DNA of 64,000 nucleotides from an uncultured Gammaproteobacteria bacterium (GTDB lineage Bacteria; Pseudomonadota; Gammaproteobacteria; UBA9214): the NCBI GenBank assembly GCA_963773065.1, contig CAVYZN010000027.1, positions 32,001 through 96,000 on the forward strand. The letters are read 5' to 3'. Made by a program: the position numbers and the translations under genes. Positions 8,852 through 19,831 of this stretch are shown here, piece after piece. Position 1 is the first letter of the stretch. Every line of letters starts with the position of its first letter. Under the pieces are notes generated by a model. The model was not told the origin of the DNA. It saw nothing but the letters and a program-made list of their open reading frames with translations, and ran no database searches.

Positions 8852-10536
8852 GTGTCCGTCCATAAACGTTAACGCGATGAAAAGGAATAAGAAAAGCGGC
8901 GTGTTTAGTGATAAAGTTCTGGTGATTTTTGCCATCCATTTTTTCAAGCGACTGAAAACAAAGGAAACACAAAAACCACCGGAGGTGACAATGCGTAAAA
9001 CGCGCACTGACCAAGTGAGTCTATTCGATCGGTTTTCAAATCACGACATTGGCAAGGGACTGAAAGCCATGTCGGAGCGACTCGACCGGCATCGCGAGCT
9101 GCTGGAGTGGGTGGCGCTGGATTTACATCGCAACGATGTCTATGACACGGGCCGCCAGGGTTTGCCGGCGGAGTCGGTACTGCGGTGTGCGCTGCTCAAG
9201 CAATACCGGCAACTGAGTTATCAGGAACTGGCGTTTCATGTGTCGGACTCGGCCTCCTTTCAGGCGTTTGCGCGCCTGCCGGGGAGCCTGTTTCCCAAGA
9301 AATCGGTGTTGCAACAGACGATCAGCCGCATTCAGCCCGCGACCTGGGAGCGGATCAATCACGGGTTGCTGCGGGAGGCCCAGCACGAGAAGGTCGAGTC
9401 GGGTAACAAAGTGCGCATTGACAGTACCGTCACCGAAACGGACATCCATGCACCCAGCGACAGCACGCTGTTATGGGACAGTGTGCGGATCATGGTGCGC
9501 CTGCTGGAGGCGGCCCAGTCGCTGCCGGGTACGCCAGGGATTGAATTTCGCAACCCTCGCCGGCGCGCGAAGCAGCGGGCACGCGCCATCCTCTATACAC
9601 GGGGTAAGGACAAGAAGGACGCGCTGTATCGGGACTTGATCAAGGTCACGACGCACACCTTGGGGTATCTTGAGCAGGCCAGGATGATCTTAACCGTCAC
9701 CGGGAGCGCGACGCTGCAAGGGGAAGCCTGGCAGGCCGAGGTGGCGCATTATCTGCCCTTGATCAAGCGGGTGATTGATCAGGCGGAGCGCCGGGTATTC
9801 CAGGGTGAGCGCGTGCCGGCCGGTGAGAAGCTCTTCAGTCTGTTTGAGCCCCACACCGATATCATTATCAAGGGCAGTCGGGACATCCAGTACGGACACA
9901 AGCTCAATCTCAGTTCGGGAAAAATCGGGCTGATTCTTGATGTGGTCGTTGAAGAGGGCAACCCCGCCGACAGCGAGCGGTTACTGCCCCTGCTGGAGCG
10001 CCATAGCAACCAGTATGGCCGCGCGCCGAAACAACTGGCCGTGGATGGCGGTTATGCCAGCAAGGATAATCTTGAGAAGGCCAAGGGATGCGGCGTCGAG
10101 GATGTGGCGTTCCATAAGAAGCGCGGCTTGCCAATTGAAGCGATGGTGAGGAGTACCTGGGTGTATCGGCAGTTACGTAACTTTCGCGCCGGCATCGAGG
10201 CGGGCATCTCGTGTCTGAAGCGCGCGTATGGGCTCTCGCGCTGCACCTGGAAGGGACTGGTGCATTTCAAGTCATTCGTGTCTGGTCTTCGGTGGTAGCG
10301 CATAATCTGGCGCTGCTGGCGCGTTTAAAACCGGCCTGAAGCCGCGCCAAGGTTGGGTTAGTGTGATGAGTCAGCTGCTCAGGGTTGCTGCTGTGTGCCG
10401 TAGGCAGATCAGCGGCCGTCTTGGTAAAAAAAGCGCATTTTTAACCCGACCGGCACGATCGGATCAGGCCGCGTTGGCTCAATCGTGAAATTGCGTTGCG
10501 CGCTGGGTTGAAATTCGTCCGTTTATGGACGGACAC
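8852..10536 (+). mobile_element. ISNCY-type insertion sequence, complete
   Basis: 17-bp perfect TIRs GTGTCCGTCCATAAACG / CGTTTATGGACGGACAC; 6-bp TSD TATTTA on both sides. Confidence 0.92.
8991..10339 (+). CDS. ISNCY (IS5-like DDE) transposase; small frameshift near 10280
   Basis: RIDSTVTETDIHAPSDS, EKLFSLFEPHTDII, DGGYAS, FRAGIEAGISCLKR; C-terminal WSSVVAHNL in the adjacent frame. Confidence 0.88.
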
Positions 10537-10544
10537 TATTTATT

Positions 10545-12575
10545 ATGAATAAAAATACTGAATTAGAACAGACAATATTAAGGATTATTGTCCTTTGCTT
10601 AATTTTATTATATTTCTTGTCATTAGCATATTACGAGGTTCTACCTGTTAAAATAATCGATTTAATTATAGTTGGAACATTTGTGTATTTATTCATATCA
10701 TTTTTTATGTTCTTTATAGTAATTCTCGAAATTGGTTATGTACCAATACGTAGACTTACTTGTATTGTTTTAGATATAACAATGACAACAATAGATATGT
10801 GTTATTTATCTAAGTATGGTGCACCAATGTTCGTGGCATATTTATGGGTTACGGTAGGAAATGGTTTTCGTTTTGGGATGATATATCTAGCGATATGTAC
10901 GCTTCTTTCAATTGCAGGATTCTCGTTGGTATCGAAATTAAATCCATATTGGGCAGAATTGCCTGCAATGAAATGGATGGGTCTACTTCTTCTTGCTTTG
11001 GTGCCAACTTATTTTGCTATTCTACTGAGAAGGCTGCAAATTGAAAAAACTAAAGCAGAATCTGCAAGTAATGAGAAATCAAGGTTTCTTGCAAATATAA
11101 GCCATGAATTACGCACCCCCCTTAATGCAATAGTGGGTTTTAGTGGATTGGTGGACAAGGTAGATGACGAATATGAAAAAAACAGATTAATAAAAAGAAT
11201 ACAGGATGCATCTTCAAGTCTGCATGCCTTGGTTGAGGATGTACTGGATTTTTCGCGTATAGAATCAGGGCATGTGGAATTGATTGACGAGGATGTGAAT
11301 CTATACAGCCTAGTTTTGGCGATTCAGGGAATGTTCGAATCACAGATACAGCAAAAGAACATCAGGTTTATTTCTGATGTCTCACCGGTTGTATCACCCT
11401 TGATAAGGGGTGATACACAACGCTTGAGGCAGATATTCGTCAATCTGGTTGGGAATGCCGTCAAATTTACACAGGCGGGCGAGGTTATGCTGCGGCTTAG
11501 TAACATTGACATAAATTCCCATGCAACTTTACAGGTCGAGGTGATTGATACCGGGGAAGGGATACCTGCTGATGTTCAGCCATACATATTTGAGCGGTTT
11601 AAGCAGGCGGATAACTCTGTCAGGCGCCGGCATGGTGGGGCAGGACTAGGCACTTCAATTGCCAAGCATCTTGTAGAATTGATGGGTGGTGAGATCGGTT
11701 TTGAAAGTGAATTCGGCCGAGGAACCAGATTCTGGTTCCGTGTACCCATTACATCCCCATCTCAGAGACGAAATTTGTTGCTTAATTTTCCGGCAAACAC
11801 GAATATCGTATTCGTTACAAATGATACAATGATCTGCGAACAATTAACCGGATCACTTGGCGAGTTATCCATACCCAACGCTGCGATTACCTCACTCACT
11901 GCGGATGAGGTGGAAAACCAGAACATAGAGACAACTGTACCTTATTGCATCATTGCAGATTGTGCATCTTTAACCGACGGCATAGTCATGCAGATACCCT
12001 CGGTACTCTGGCAGAAGAATTCCTGTTACATTGCGTTGGGTAACGGGTCATATGAAAGAGACTGGTTGCTGAGGGTTGGTTATGAACAGGTTGCGTATTC
12101 GCCATCTGAGTTGAATAATTCCCTATTCTTTGCTGCCAGCAAACTGGGTACCTGCAAGGTTACGGAATCACACAATGCTTTGTATTCATCGACAGATAGC
12201 GATCATGTCAAGCGTGTTCTCATTGCAGAGGACAGTGAGATGAATAGGCAAGTATTCAGGGGCATCCTTGAATACATGGGGCTAGACGTCGATTTTGCCA
12301 ATACCGGTATCGAGGCACTAAAACGTCTAAAAGAGGAGATTTATGACCTCCTTATAGTCGATATACAGATGCCAGAGATGTCTGGGTTCGAGGTTATTAG
12401 TCGTTACAAGTCTCTCTACGGTGGTAAATCAAGAATACCAATCGTTGTCGTTACCGGTGATGTAACAAAGGAGGTACAGGATGAATGTGAAGAACTCGGA
12501 ATTGACCGCTTCATTTCCAAACCTGTTGAATCAGAAAGGCTGCGAGGCATCATAGCCGAGATGCTGACCACATAA
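10545..12575 (+). CDS. RpfC-like membrane hybrid sensor histidine kinase (multi-TM, HisKA, HATPase, REC)
   Basis: [15 protein letters not shown] motif, [39 protein letters not shown]-terminal REC ([20 protein letters not shown]). Confidence 0.9.
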   Translation: MNKNTELEQTILRIIVLCLILLYFLSLAYYEVLPVKIIDLIIVGTFVYLFISFFMFFIVILEIGYVPIRRLTCIVLDITMTTIDMCYLSKYGAPMFVAYLWVTVGNGFRFGMIYLAICTLLSIAGFSLVSKLNPYWAELPAMKWMGLLLLALVPTYFAILLRRLQIEKTKAESASNEKSRFLANISHELRTPLNAIVGFSGLVDKVDDEYEKNRLIKRIQDASSSLHALVEDVLDFSRIESGHVELIDEDVNLYSLVLAIQGMFESQIQQKNIRFISDVSPVVSPLIRGDTQRLRQIFVNLVGNAVKFTQAGEVMLRLSNIDINSHATLQVEVIDTGEGIPADVQPYIFERFKQADNSVRRRHGGAGLGTSIAKHLVELMGGEIGFESEFGRGTRFWFRVPITSPSQRRNLLLNFPANTNIVFVTNDTMICEQLTGSLGELSIPNAAITSLTADEVENQNIETTVPYCIIADCASLTDGIVMQIPSVLWQKNSCYIALGNGSYERDWLLRVGYEQVAYSPSELNNSLFFAASKLGTCKVTESHNALYSSTDSDHVKRVLIAEDSEMNRQVFRGILEYMGLDVDFANTGIEALKRLKEEIYDLLIVDIQMPEMSGFEVISRYKSLYGGKSRIPIVVVTGDVTKEVQDECEELGIDRFISKPVESERLRGIIAEMLTT

Positions 12576-12678
12576 CAGTCACTACGCTTATAATTCGGAC
12601 CACAGTTGATGTAAATAGCATAATCGTCGACTCCAGTGGTAATATCCACCGACTTTCCCAAAGGTTAAACCAGCAGTG

Positions 12679-14088
12679 ATGTCTGTCAGAACTCGCTTCG
12701 CTCCGAGTCCGACCGGGTACTTGCATGTGGGTGGTGCCCGCACCGCCCTGTTCTCATGGCTACATGCGCGCAAACACGGTGGCAAGTTCATACTGCGTAT
12801 CGAAGACACAGATCTGGAACGTTCCACAGCGGAATCCATCAACGCTATTCTCGAAGGCATGACATGGCTCGGGCTGGAATACGACGAAGGACCGTTCTAT
12901 CAGACGCACCGCTTCGACCGCTACAACGAGGTTATCCAGGAATTGTTGGACAAGAATCTTGCCTACCGTTGCAATTGTTCGAAGGAGCGTCTTGATTCCT
13001 TGCGCGAGGCGCAGATGCAGCATAAGGAAAAACCGCGCTATGACGGTCATTGCAGGGACAAAAATGTCAGCCCTGATAGGCAGCACGTGGTGCGGTTTCG
13101 TAATCCGCTTCATGGCGCCGTGGTTGTGGATGACATGATACGTGGCAAGGTCTTATTTCAGAATGAAGAACTCGACGACCTGGTACTCCGTCGTACTGAT
13201 GGGACGCCTACCTACAATCTCTCGGTGGTGGTAGATGATTCGGATATGGGGATTACTGACGTTATCCGCGGGGATGACCATTTAAACAATACGCCAAGAC
13301 AAATGAATATACTTCGCGCCCTGGGCAAGGAGCCGCCTCAATATGCCCATGTACCCATGATTCTCGGTGATGATGGATCGCGACTTTCCAAGCGACATGG
13401 CGCGGTCAGTGTTATGGAATATCGCAAGCAGGGAGTACTACCCGAAGCATTGCTGAACTACCTGGTGCGCCTGGGATGGTCGCATGGCGACCAGGAGGTA
13501 TTCACCTTGGACGAGATGATCGAGTTGTTCGACATATACAAGGTGAACAGGGCCGCCTCGGCGTTCGATCCCGAAAAGCTGCTGTGGCTTAATCAGCATT
13601 ACATCAAGAACGACGATCCAGCACGGATTGCACGTCTGCTGAGTCCTCACATGGGCGATATCGGGATAGACCCCGCATCGTATCCACCGCTGATTGACGT
13701 GGTGTGTGCCCAGCAGGAGCGGGCTAGGACGCTTGTTGAAATGGCGGAGATCAGCGCTTTCTTTTACCGGGATTTCGATGCGTACGATGAGAACGCCGCC
13801 AGGAAGCATCTCAGGTCAGCCGCGCGTGCTCCGCTGGAAAAGATGCATGATGCGCTTGCTGCGCTGGACGAATGGAAGGTGGAGCGTCTGCACAAGGTCG
13901 TAGTGGAGGTTGCCGGTAATCTGGACCTTAATCTCAGCAAGGTGGCTCAGCCTCTGCGCGTGGCTGTGGTCGGCAGGGCGGCATCCCCCGGTATTGATTT
14001 AACGTTGTATCTCGTGGGTCGTGAGGCATGCCTGCGTCGCATCAACAGGGCGCTGAATTACATCGTGCAACGCACGGCTGAGAATTGA
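12679..14088 (+). CDS. gltX: Glutamate--tRNA ligase
   Basis: RTRFAPSPTGYLHVGG, LRIEDTD, RLSKRHGA. Confidence 0.97.
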   Translation: MSVRTRFAPSPTGYLHVGGARTALFSWLHARKHGGKFILRIEDTDLERSTAESINAILEGMTWLGLEYDEGPFYQTHRFDRYNEVIQELLDKNLAYRCNCSKERLDSLREAQMQHKEKPRYDGHCRDKNVSPDRQHVVRFRNPLHGAVVVDDMIRGKVLFQNEELDDLVLRRTDGTPTYNLSVVVDDSDMGITDVIRGDDHLNNTPRQMNILRALGKEPPQYAHVPMILGDDGSRLSKRHGAVSVMEYRKQGVLPEALLNYLVRLGWSHGDQEVFTLDEMIELFDIYKVNRAASAFDPEKLLWLNQHYIKNDDPARIARLLSPHMGDIGIDPASYPPLIDVVCAQQERARTLVEMAEISAFFYRDFDAYDENAARKHLRSAARAPLEKMHDALAALDEWKVERLHKVVVEVAGNLDLNLSKVAQPLRVAVVGRAASPGIDLTLYLVGREACLRRINRALNYIVQRTAEN

Positions 14089-14108
14089 GCGAGCAGTTGA
14101 TACAGGAT

Positions 14109-15194
14109 CTAGTGTAGTGCTTCATTCTGTTTGGAACTTAAACGGCGATTGGCGCGAACGACTTTCTGCAGGATGTCGTTGGCCTTTGCCGTCCAGATGA
14201 AGGGTTTTGGGTTTTCATTGTGCGCGGCGACGTATTCATGAATGGCGGCGGTGAGTTCCGGGACGCTGGTAAAGACGCCGCGGCGCAGGCGCTCGGTGGT
14301 GATGTCACGGAAGAAGCGTTCAACCATGTTCAACCAGGAGGCCGAAGTCGGTGTGAAGTGGATGTGGAAGCGCGAATGTTTATCGAGCCATTCCACGACC
14401 TTGGGGTGCTTATGGGTGGCGTAGTTGTCACACACCAAGTGCAGTTCCTTTCCCTTGTGCGTTTCCCGGTCGATTTTCTTCAGGAAGTCGAGCCATTCGA
14501 GATGACGGTGGTGTTGCTGGCAACTGGCGATCACCTGGCCATCCAGGATGTTGAGGGCGGCGAACAGCGTGGTCGTGCCATGGCGTTTGTAGTCATGCGT
14601 CATGGTGGCCGCCCGGCCCTTCTTCAGGGGCAGCCCCGGCTGGGTTCGGTCCAGCGCCTGGACCTGGCTTTTCTCATCGCAACACAGCACCAGGGCGTGT
14701 TCCGGTGGCGAGAGATAAAGCCCGACGATGTCTTCCAGTTTCTCGATGAACCTCGGATCGCGAGAAACCTTGAAGGTCTCGACGCGATGCGGTTTCAGGC
14801 CATGCGCCTGCCACACCCGCAATACCGTGGTGTCACTCACCCCGACTTCCCTGGCCAGCGTGCGCGTGCTCCAGTGGGTCGCCGCCTTGGGCGTGGTCTG
14901 GGTGGTCAAGCGGACAATCTCGGCCGCATCCACCGTGGGTTTGCGCCCACCACGGGGCAGATCCTGTTCGATGGCCGCCAACCCGCCTTCGACATAGCGT
15001 TCCCGCCAACGCCCCACCTGCACCCGGCCAATGCCCAGCTCAGTGGCAATCGTCGTGTTGTCCTTGCCGGCCGCCGCCAGCAAGATCATTCGCGCACGCC
15101 GCGCCATGCGTACACTCGCCGTATTCGAGCGCGCGAGTCGCCTCAGTGTCTTTTCTTCTTCACTGCTCAGCATGATTTTCGGGGCTATGCGCAT
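14109..15194 (-). CDS. IS630-family transposase
   Basis: HTH region, CCDEKSQVQAL, HDYKRHGTTTLFAAL, DNYATHK, PTSASWLNMVERFF. Confidence 0.94.
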   Translation of the reverse strand: MRIAPKIMLSSEEEKTLRRLARSNTASVRMARRARMILLAAAGKDNTTIATELGIGRVQVGRWRERYVEGGLAAIEQDLPRGGRKPTVDAAEIVRLTTQTTPKAATHWSTRTLAREVGVSDTTVLRVWQAHGLKPHRVETFKVSRDPRFIEKLEDIVGLYLSPPEHALVLCCDEKSQVQALDRTQPGLPLKKGRAATMTHDYKRHGTTTLFAALNILDGQVIASCQQHHRHLEWLDFLKKIDRETHKGKELHLVCDNYATHKHPKVVEWLDKHSRFHIHFTPTSASWLNMVERFFRDITTERLRRGVFTSVPELTAAIHEYVAAHNENPKPFIWTAKANDILQKVVRANRRLSSKQNEALH

Positions 15195-15274
15195 CAGGAG
15201 GCTCCTGCCTGTCATTTGGTGGTGAGACAACAGAGCCCACTTTTTAGTTCCATTAATTACGAAGCAGTACACTA
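14110..15274 (-). mobile_element. IS630-family insertion sequence
   Basis: Ends TAGTGTAGTGCTTC / GAAGCAGTACACTA (1 mismatch); inserted in CTAG with TA duplication. Confidence 0.92.
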
Positions 15275-15278
15275 GTAT

Positions 15279-16973
15279 ATGAGCGATGATGAACTCATAG
15301 TCCCGAACAACTTTATTCGCAAAATTGTCGAGGATGACCTAAAAGCCTGCAGGATTAAGGGCCGTGTCGCTACTCGCTTTCCCCCGGAGCCTAACGGATA
15401 TCTGCACATTGGCCATGCAAAATCAATCTGCCTGAATTTTGGTATCGCAGCTGACTACGGGGGAACCTGCAATCTCCGATTCGATGATACCAATCCACAT
15501 AAGGAGAACATCGAGTACGTGCAGGCGATCCAGGAGGACGTTCGCTGGCTGGGCTATGACTGGGATGACCGCCTGTTTTATGCCTCTGACTATTTCGAGC
15601 AACTTTACGGCTATGCGGTTGAATTGATAAGCAAAGGCAAGGCTTATGTTTGTGACCTGACAGCCGAGCAGATTCGTGAATACCGTGGCACCCTGACCGA
15701 GCCCGGCAAAGACAGCCCCTATCGTGACCGCTCTGTTGAAGAGAACCTGGACCTGTTCGAGCGCATGCGCAACGGTGAATTCGCAGATGGATCACGGGTT
15801 TTGCGAGCTCTGATCGACATGGCCTCACCGAACATCAATATGCGTGACCCGACGCTGTATCGTATTCGCCATGGCGTCATCCATCACCAGACTGGAGAGG
15901 AGTGGTGCATCTATCCGATGTACGACTATACACATCCCATTTCCGACGCCATCGAGGGCATTACACATTCCATCTGCACGCTCGAATTTGAGGATCATCG
16001 CCCCCTTTATGATTGGGTGCTGGACAATATTTCAGTATCCTGTCACCCGCAACAAATCGAGTTCTCACGACTCAACCTGCAGTATACGGTGATGAGCAAA
16101 CGCAAATTAACCGAACTTGTCAGCGAGGGTTACGTCGAGGGGTGGGATGACCCCCGTATGCCCACCATTGCCGGCATGCGCCGGCGTGGGTACAGTCCGG
16201 CATCAATCCGGGATTTTTGTGAACGTATCGGTGTCACCAAAGCGGAAAACATCGTTGAAATGGGGATGCTGGAATACAGCGTTAGGGAAGATCTGAATGC
16301 ACATGCGCCACGGCGTATGGCTGTGCTGCATCCCTTGAAGGTTATAATCACGAATTACCCGGAAGATCGGGTGGAGGAACTGCAGGCGGCGAATCATCCC
16401 CAGGACGAGTCAATCGGTATTAGAAGTCTCCCATTTACCCGCGAGGTTTATATCGATCGCGATGATTTCCGAGAAGAGGCATCCGGTAAATTCAAACGCC
16501 TGGTTTCCGGGGGTGAAGTTCGTCTGCGAAATGCCTATGTCATCCGTTGTGAGGAGGTTATTAAGGATGACCATGACGAGATCATCGAGCTGCATTGCAC
16601 CTATGATCCCACGACTCTGGGAGTAAATCCTGAAGGGCGCAAGGTCAAGGGGGTCATTCACTGGGTTTCCGCCTCCTATGGCCTGCCGGCGGAGATACGT
16701 CTGTATGACCGGTTGTTCGTTCATCCCACCCCGGATGCAGCCAAGGACGGCAAGAACTACAAGGAGTATATTAATCCTGACTCCCTGCACACCCTGACTC
16801 AATGCATCGTCGAACCCAACCTGGCAGAAGCCAGGCCGGGAGAGATCTTTCAGTTTGAGCGTGAAGGCTATTTTTGCCTCGACCCAAAGCTAAGCAAAGA
16901 ATCGTATTTAGTATTCAATCGTAGCGTGACATTGCGTGATTCCTGGTCAAGGCTTGAGGGACAACAGGACTGA
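15279..16973 (+). CDS. glnS: Glutamine--tRNA ligase
   Basis: [34 protein letters not shown]. Confidence 0.97.
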   Translation: MSDDELIVPNNFIRKIVEDDLKACRIKGRVATRFPPEPNGYLHIGHAKSICLNFGIAADYGGTCNLRFDDTNPHKENIEYVQAIQEDVRWLGYDWDDRLFYASDYFEQLYGYAVELISKGKAYVCDLTAEQIREYRGTLTEPGKDSPYRDRSVEENLDLFERMRNGEFADGSRVLRALIDMASPNINMRDPTLYRIRHGVIHHQTGEEWCIYPMYDYTHPISDAIEGITHSICTLEFEDHRPLYDWVLDNISVSCHPQQIEFSRLNLQYTVMSKRKLTELVSEGYVEGWDDPRMPTIAGMRRRGYSPASIRDFCERIGVTKAENIVEMGMLEYSVREDLNAHAPRRMAVLHPLKVIITNYPEDRVEELQAANHPQDESIGIRSLPFTREVYIDRDDFREEASGKFKRLVSGGEVRLRNAYVIRCEEVIKDDHDEIIELHCTYDPTTLGVNPEGRKVKGVIHWVSASYGLPAEIRLYDRLFVHPTPDAAKDGKNYKEYINPDSLHTLTQCIVEPNLAEARPGEIFQFEREGYFCLDPKLSKESYLVFNRSVTLRDSWSRLEGQQD

Positions 16974-17172
16974 GTGGCCAATGGCTTGCTGAGAATCAGA
17001 TGTGCCGCAGGGGTGTTATTGGGGGCGCTGTTGAGTGCCATAGCCATTGACGTGGCCACCCCATGTGCCGTGTTAGTATGAAGCACATGGCTACATTTCG
17101 AAGGTAATCGTAGGACGCTGATAAATCGCTGGATTATGCTACACAGTAAGGATTTCGACGATTAAGGTTGTC

Positions 17173-17201
17173 TTGACAGTAAGATACTCTGACGGTAGAG
17201 T
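17173..17201 (+). promoter_or_regulatory. Sigma70 promoter of the tRNA operon
   Basis: TTGACA-17 bp-TAGAGT followed by a GC-rich discriminator (TCGCGC). Confidence 0.8.
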
Positions 17202-17217
17202 TCGCGCTTCGTTTTCT

Positions 17218-17293
17218 GGGGCCATAGCTCAGCTGGGAGAGCACTTGCATGGCATGCAAGGGGTCGGCGGTTCGATCCCGCCTGGCTCCACCA
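17218..17293 (+). tRNA. tRNA-Ala(GGC)
   Basis: GGGGCCATAGCTCAGCTGGGAGAGC..CTTGC-ATGGCAT-GCAAG..GGTTCGATCCC..CTCCACCA. Confidence 0.97.
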
Positions 17294-17336
17294 GATAAGC
17301 GAGGGCTTATAGATCAGCCCTCGCTGATTATTTTAT

Positions 17337-17413
17337 GTCCCCATCGTCTAGTCGGCCTAGGACACCGCCCTTTCACGGCGATAACAGGGGTTCGAATCCC
17401 CTTGGGGACGCCA
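17337..17413 (+). tRNA. tRNA-Glu(TTC)
   Basis: GTCCCCATCGTCTAG..CCGCC-CTTTCAC-GGCGA..GGTTCGAATCCC..GGGGACGCCA. Confidence 0.96.
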
Positions 17414-17822
17414 ATGATTCATCGGATTAGCCGTGGATTAGCTCAACGGACTTGCAATTCAACTTAGAGCCTGTGGAACTTTCGTTCGTGTGACCAAATA
17501 GTCAGGCAAGCGCAGTTGGCATCACCGCGCTGGGCATAATAGGTTGATCACATCATCTATCTCGCTAATGCCGGTTCATTTGACGAATTCCCGTCCAGTT
17601 CGACATGGGTTCGCATAGCTCTTCATACCCCAGTTAAGGACTGGCGTATAATGCCATGTATTTAGTGACGCAGTAGGGTTAACAGCAGCTCGACATCTCG
17701 TCGCCATATACTGAAAAGCTTAGCCTCTGGTTTATAGCGTGCCGTTATGTCTGGAAATGAGTTAGTCACTGCGTGCAGGAACGCGGCATGATAGTGACGA
17801 TCGGTAGCTAGTCCTCCTTAAG

Positions 17823-18992
17823 TCAATCCTTTCTGAGCTTAGCGCTGACAGCGATCGGTGTTGGGTAACGCAGCATGATGAGATACGATGAGGCGATGAA
17901 TGTTATCAGGGTTGTGGACTGGATAAGGTAGGACGCCCTTGATCCGATTGCCCCGGCATCCCATGCCAGGATGGCGATCATCAATGAAAACTCGCTGAAC
18001 TGACCGAGACGAACACCGACTTCCTTGGCAAGACCTCTCGACTCACCGGATGAAGTCAGCAGTCTGGCAAAGATGACTGGTTTTAATACCAGTATCGCTA
18101 CCGCCAGGAATGCTGCTGGTAATAATATATCAGGCAATATCCGTACATCAAAGCTTGCGCCCAGTGAGAAGAAAAACATGATCAGGAAAAAATCCCGCAA
18201 CGGTTTGAAGCTTTCCGCAATGAATAGAGCGATCGGACTGGTTGCTAGTGATACACCGGCGATGAAGGCACCAATAGCATAGGACAGCCCCAGTGCCTGC
18301 GCCAGTTGTGCCATACCGAGGCACCACCCGATCGAAGTCAGGAATACATACTCCTGTATGGTGTCAAATCGCCGCATGAGGCGCATGAGTACGTAGCGTT
18401 CAAAGAGAAATGCGACCATCACTAACGTCGGTACGGCAACGGTGAAAGTGGTGATCTGTTTCCATCCCATGTCTGCACGCGAGAAGCCCTCCAGTGCCAG
18501 CAGAATAGCGATTGCCAATATATCCTGTAACAGCAAGATACTGATCATGACTTGACCGACATGCCGGTGATGCAGGGCTGTTGTCGGTAGCAGTTTCAGA
18601 CCAATAATGGTGCTGGAGAACATCGTGACGGAACCGATAATGAGGCTCTCGAACAGACTGAATCCGGAGCCCAACCCGATCAATGTGCCGATTGCACCGA
18701 ATACAATAGAACTCGTAACCGTTACCACAACCGCCTGGCGCAGCATGCGTAATAGCTGTGACGGTTGTAAATTGAGTCCAAGCAGGAAAAGCAGGAATAT
18801 AATTCCTATATGTCCGGTTTGCTGGATGAGTGAAGGGTCTTTAATGAGTTTAATACCCGCAGGGCCAATAACTCCGCCCAGCAGAATATAGGCAACGAGC
18901 AGTGACTGGCGGGCGAATAATGCGATGGCGGCGAATATCGCTGCGCCGGTAAAGATCAGGAATAACGAGAATATCAGCGAATCTTCATGCAT
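17823..18992 (-). CDS. CPA2-family cation:proton antiporter (KefB-like membrane domain)
   Basis: Highly hydrophobic; SSTIIGLKLL, ILLLQD, GAFIAGVSLA, PLRDFFLIMFF, GQFSEFSL. Confidence 0.9.
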   Translation of the reverse strand: MHEDSLIFSLFLIFTGAAIFAAIALFARQSLLVAYILLGGVIGPAGIKLIKDPSLIQQTGHIGIIFLLFLLGLNLQPSQLLRMLRQAVVVTVTSSIVFGAIGTLIGLGSGFSLFESLIIGSVTMFSSTIIGLKLLPTTALHHRHVGQVMISILLLQDILAIAILLALEGFSRADMGWKQITTFTVAVPTLVMVAFLFERYVLMRLMRRFDTIQEYVFLTSIGWCLGMAQLAQALGLSYAIGAFIAGVSLATSPIALFIAESFKPLRDFFLIMFFFSLGASFDVRILPDILLPAAFLAVAILVLKPVIFARLLTSSGESRGLAKEVGVRLGQFSEFSLMIAILAWDAGAIGSRASYLIQSTTLITFIASSYLIMLRYPTPIAVSAKLRKD

Positions 18993-19056
18993 TATGAAGT
19001 GGTCGCATAGTCGATGTCCTGTCAAGGATACTTCCGGAGTTTGCTCGCATACTCCC

Positions 19057-19750
19057 TCACCTGTTATCTGATATCAGGCGGTTCGGTTTGCGACTGACGA
19101 CGTCGTTCTCGAAAGCAACAATCGAATCATGCAGGTTGTTTTCCTCGATGATCAGATTGGTTTTAGCCTGGGCGCGCCTTCCCAGGCTCTGCTCAACGTC
19201 GGATTTGCGTCCAACGCCGCTTTCGCTGAGTTTCATTATCTTGTTGTATGTATCTTCATGAGTACGCAGGTTAACCCTAGCGAGGTTGACAAGTTGCTTT
19301 TCCATCAGGACATCAAGATAAGCCTGAATTGCTCGCAGCGCAGTGATCTCTGAGGTACCAAACGTGGAATAGGCGCTTGCAGTGACTCTGGCTTTTTGTT
19401 AGTCGAATTCATTTTCAGTGAGGAATCCATAGAAAAGCAATTGCCTTACTAGAATACCGGACTTCCTGCGGTGGAGTGTATCGCGTCCGCGGCTTGTGGT
19501 GCGTCTGGTAGGGTTATCACTGGATTCCAAGCCACCGCCGGCTGTTATTTCGGCTGATGGAAAAAACCCAGCGCGCGTTTGTTCCATTATTAAATTTTAT
19601 CGCATTTCGCATATCTTTGGCGATATGTATATCTGGATTGGTGGATATTGTTTCCCTGACAATATCCACCAGGGTATCCGCGAATAAACCGGTGGAGTTG
19701 GTAATTCCAAGGCAATTGGTCAGGCAAAAAGTCATTAATTTTTTGTACAT
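19057..19750 (-). pseudogene. TolC-family outer membrane protein (LapE/AggA-like), fragmented and 3'-truncated
   Basis: Signal peptide plus TISTNPDI; QTRAGFFPS, VRQLLFYGF, then in-frame TAA, then GVGRKSDVEQSLGRRAQA; only about half length. Confidence 0.8.
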
Positions 19751-19831
19751 CACAGTTACTCCGTGTATTCCCTGGTTCCTGACTGTGTTGTTGGTGGGAT
19801 TGCACTGGATTGCGGATTGGCTGGTATATTA

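Noticed and set aside
14220-15275. 351-aa ORF opposite the IS630 transposase, and similar long antisense ORFs (36802-38004, 43906-44892, 49009-50022, 52686-53675)
   Set aside because: Antisense shadows of well-supported genes.
17364-17382. C:A mismatch at the top of the tRNA-Glu anticodon stem
   Set aside because: A single non-canonical pair at this position is tolerated and may be an error; not evidence of recoding.
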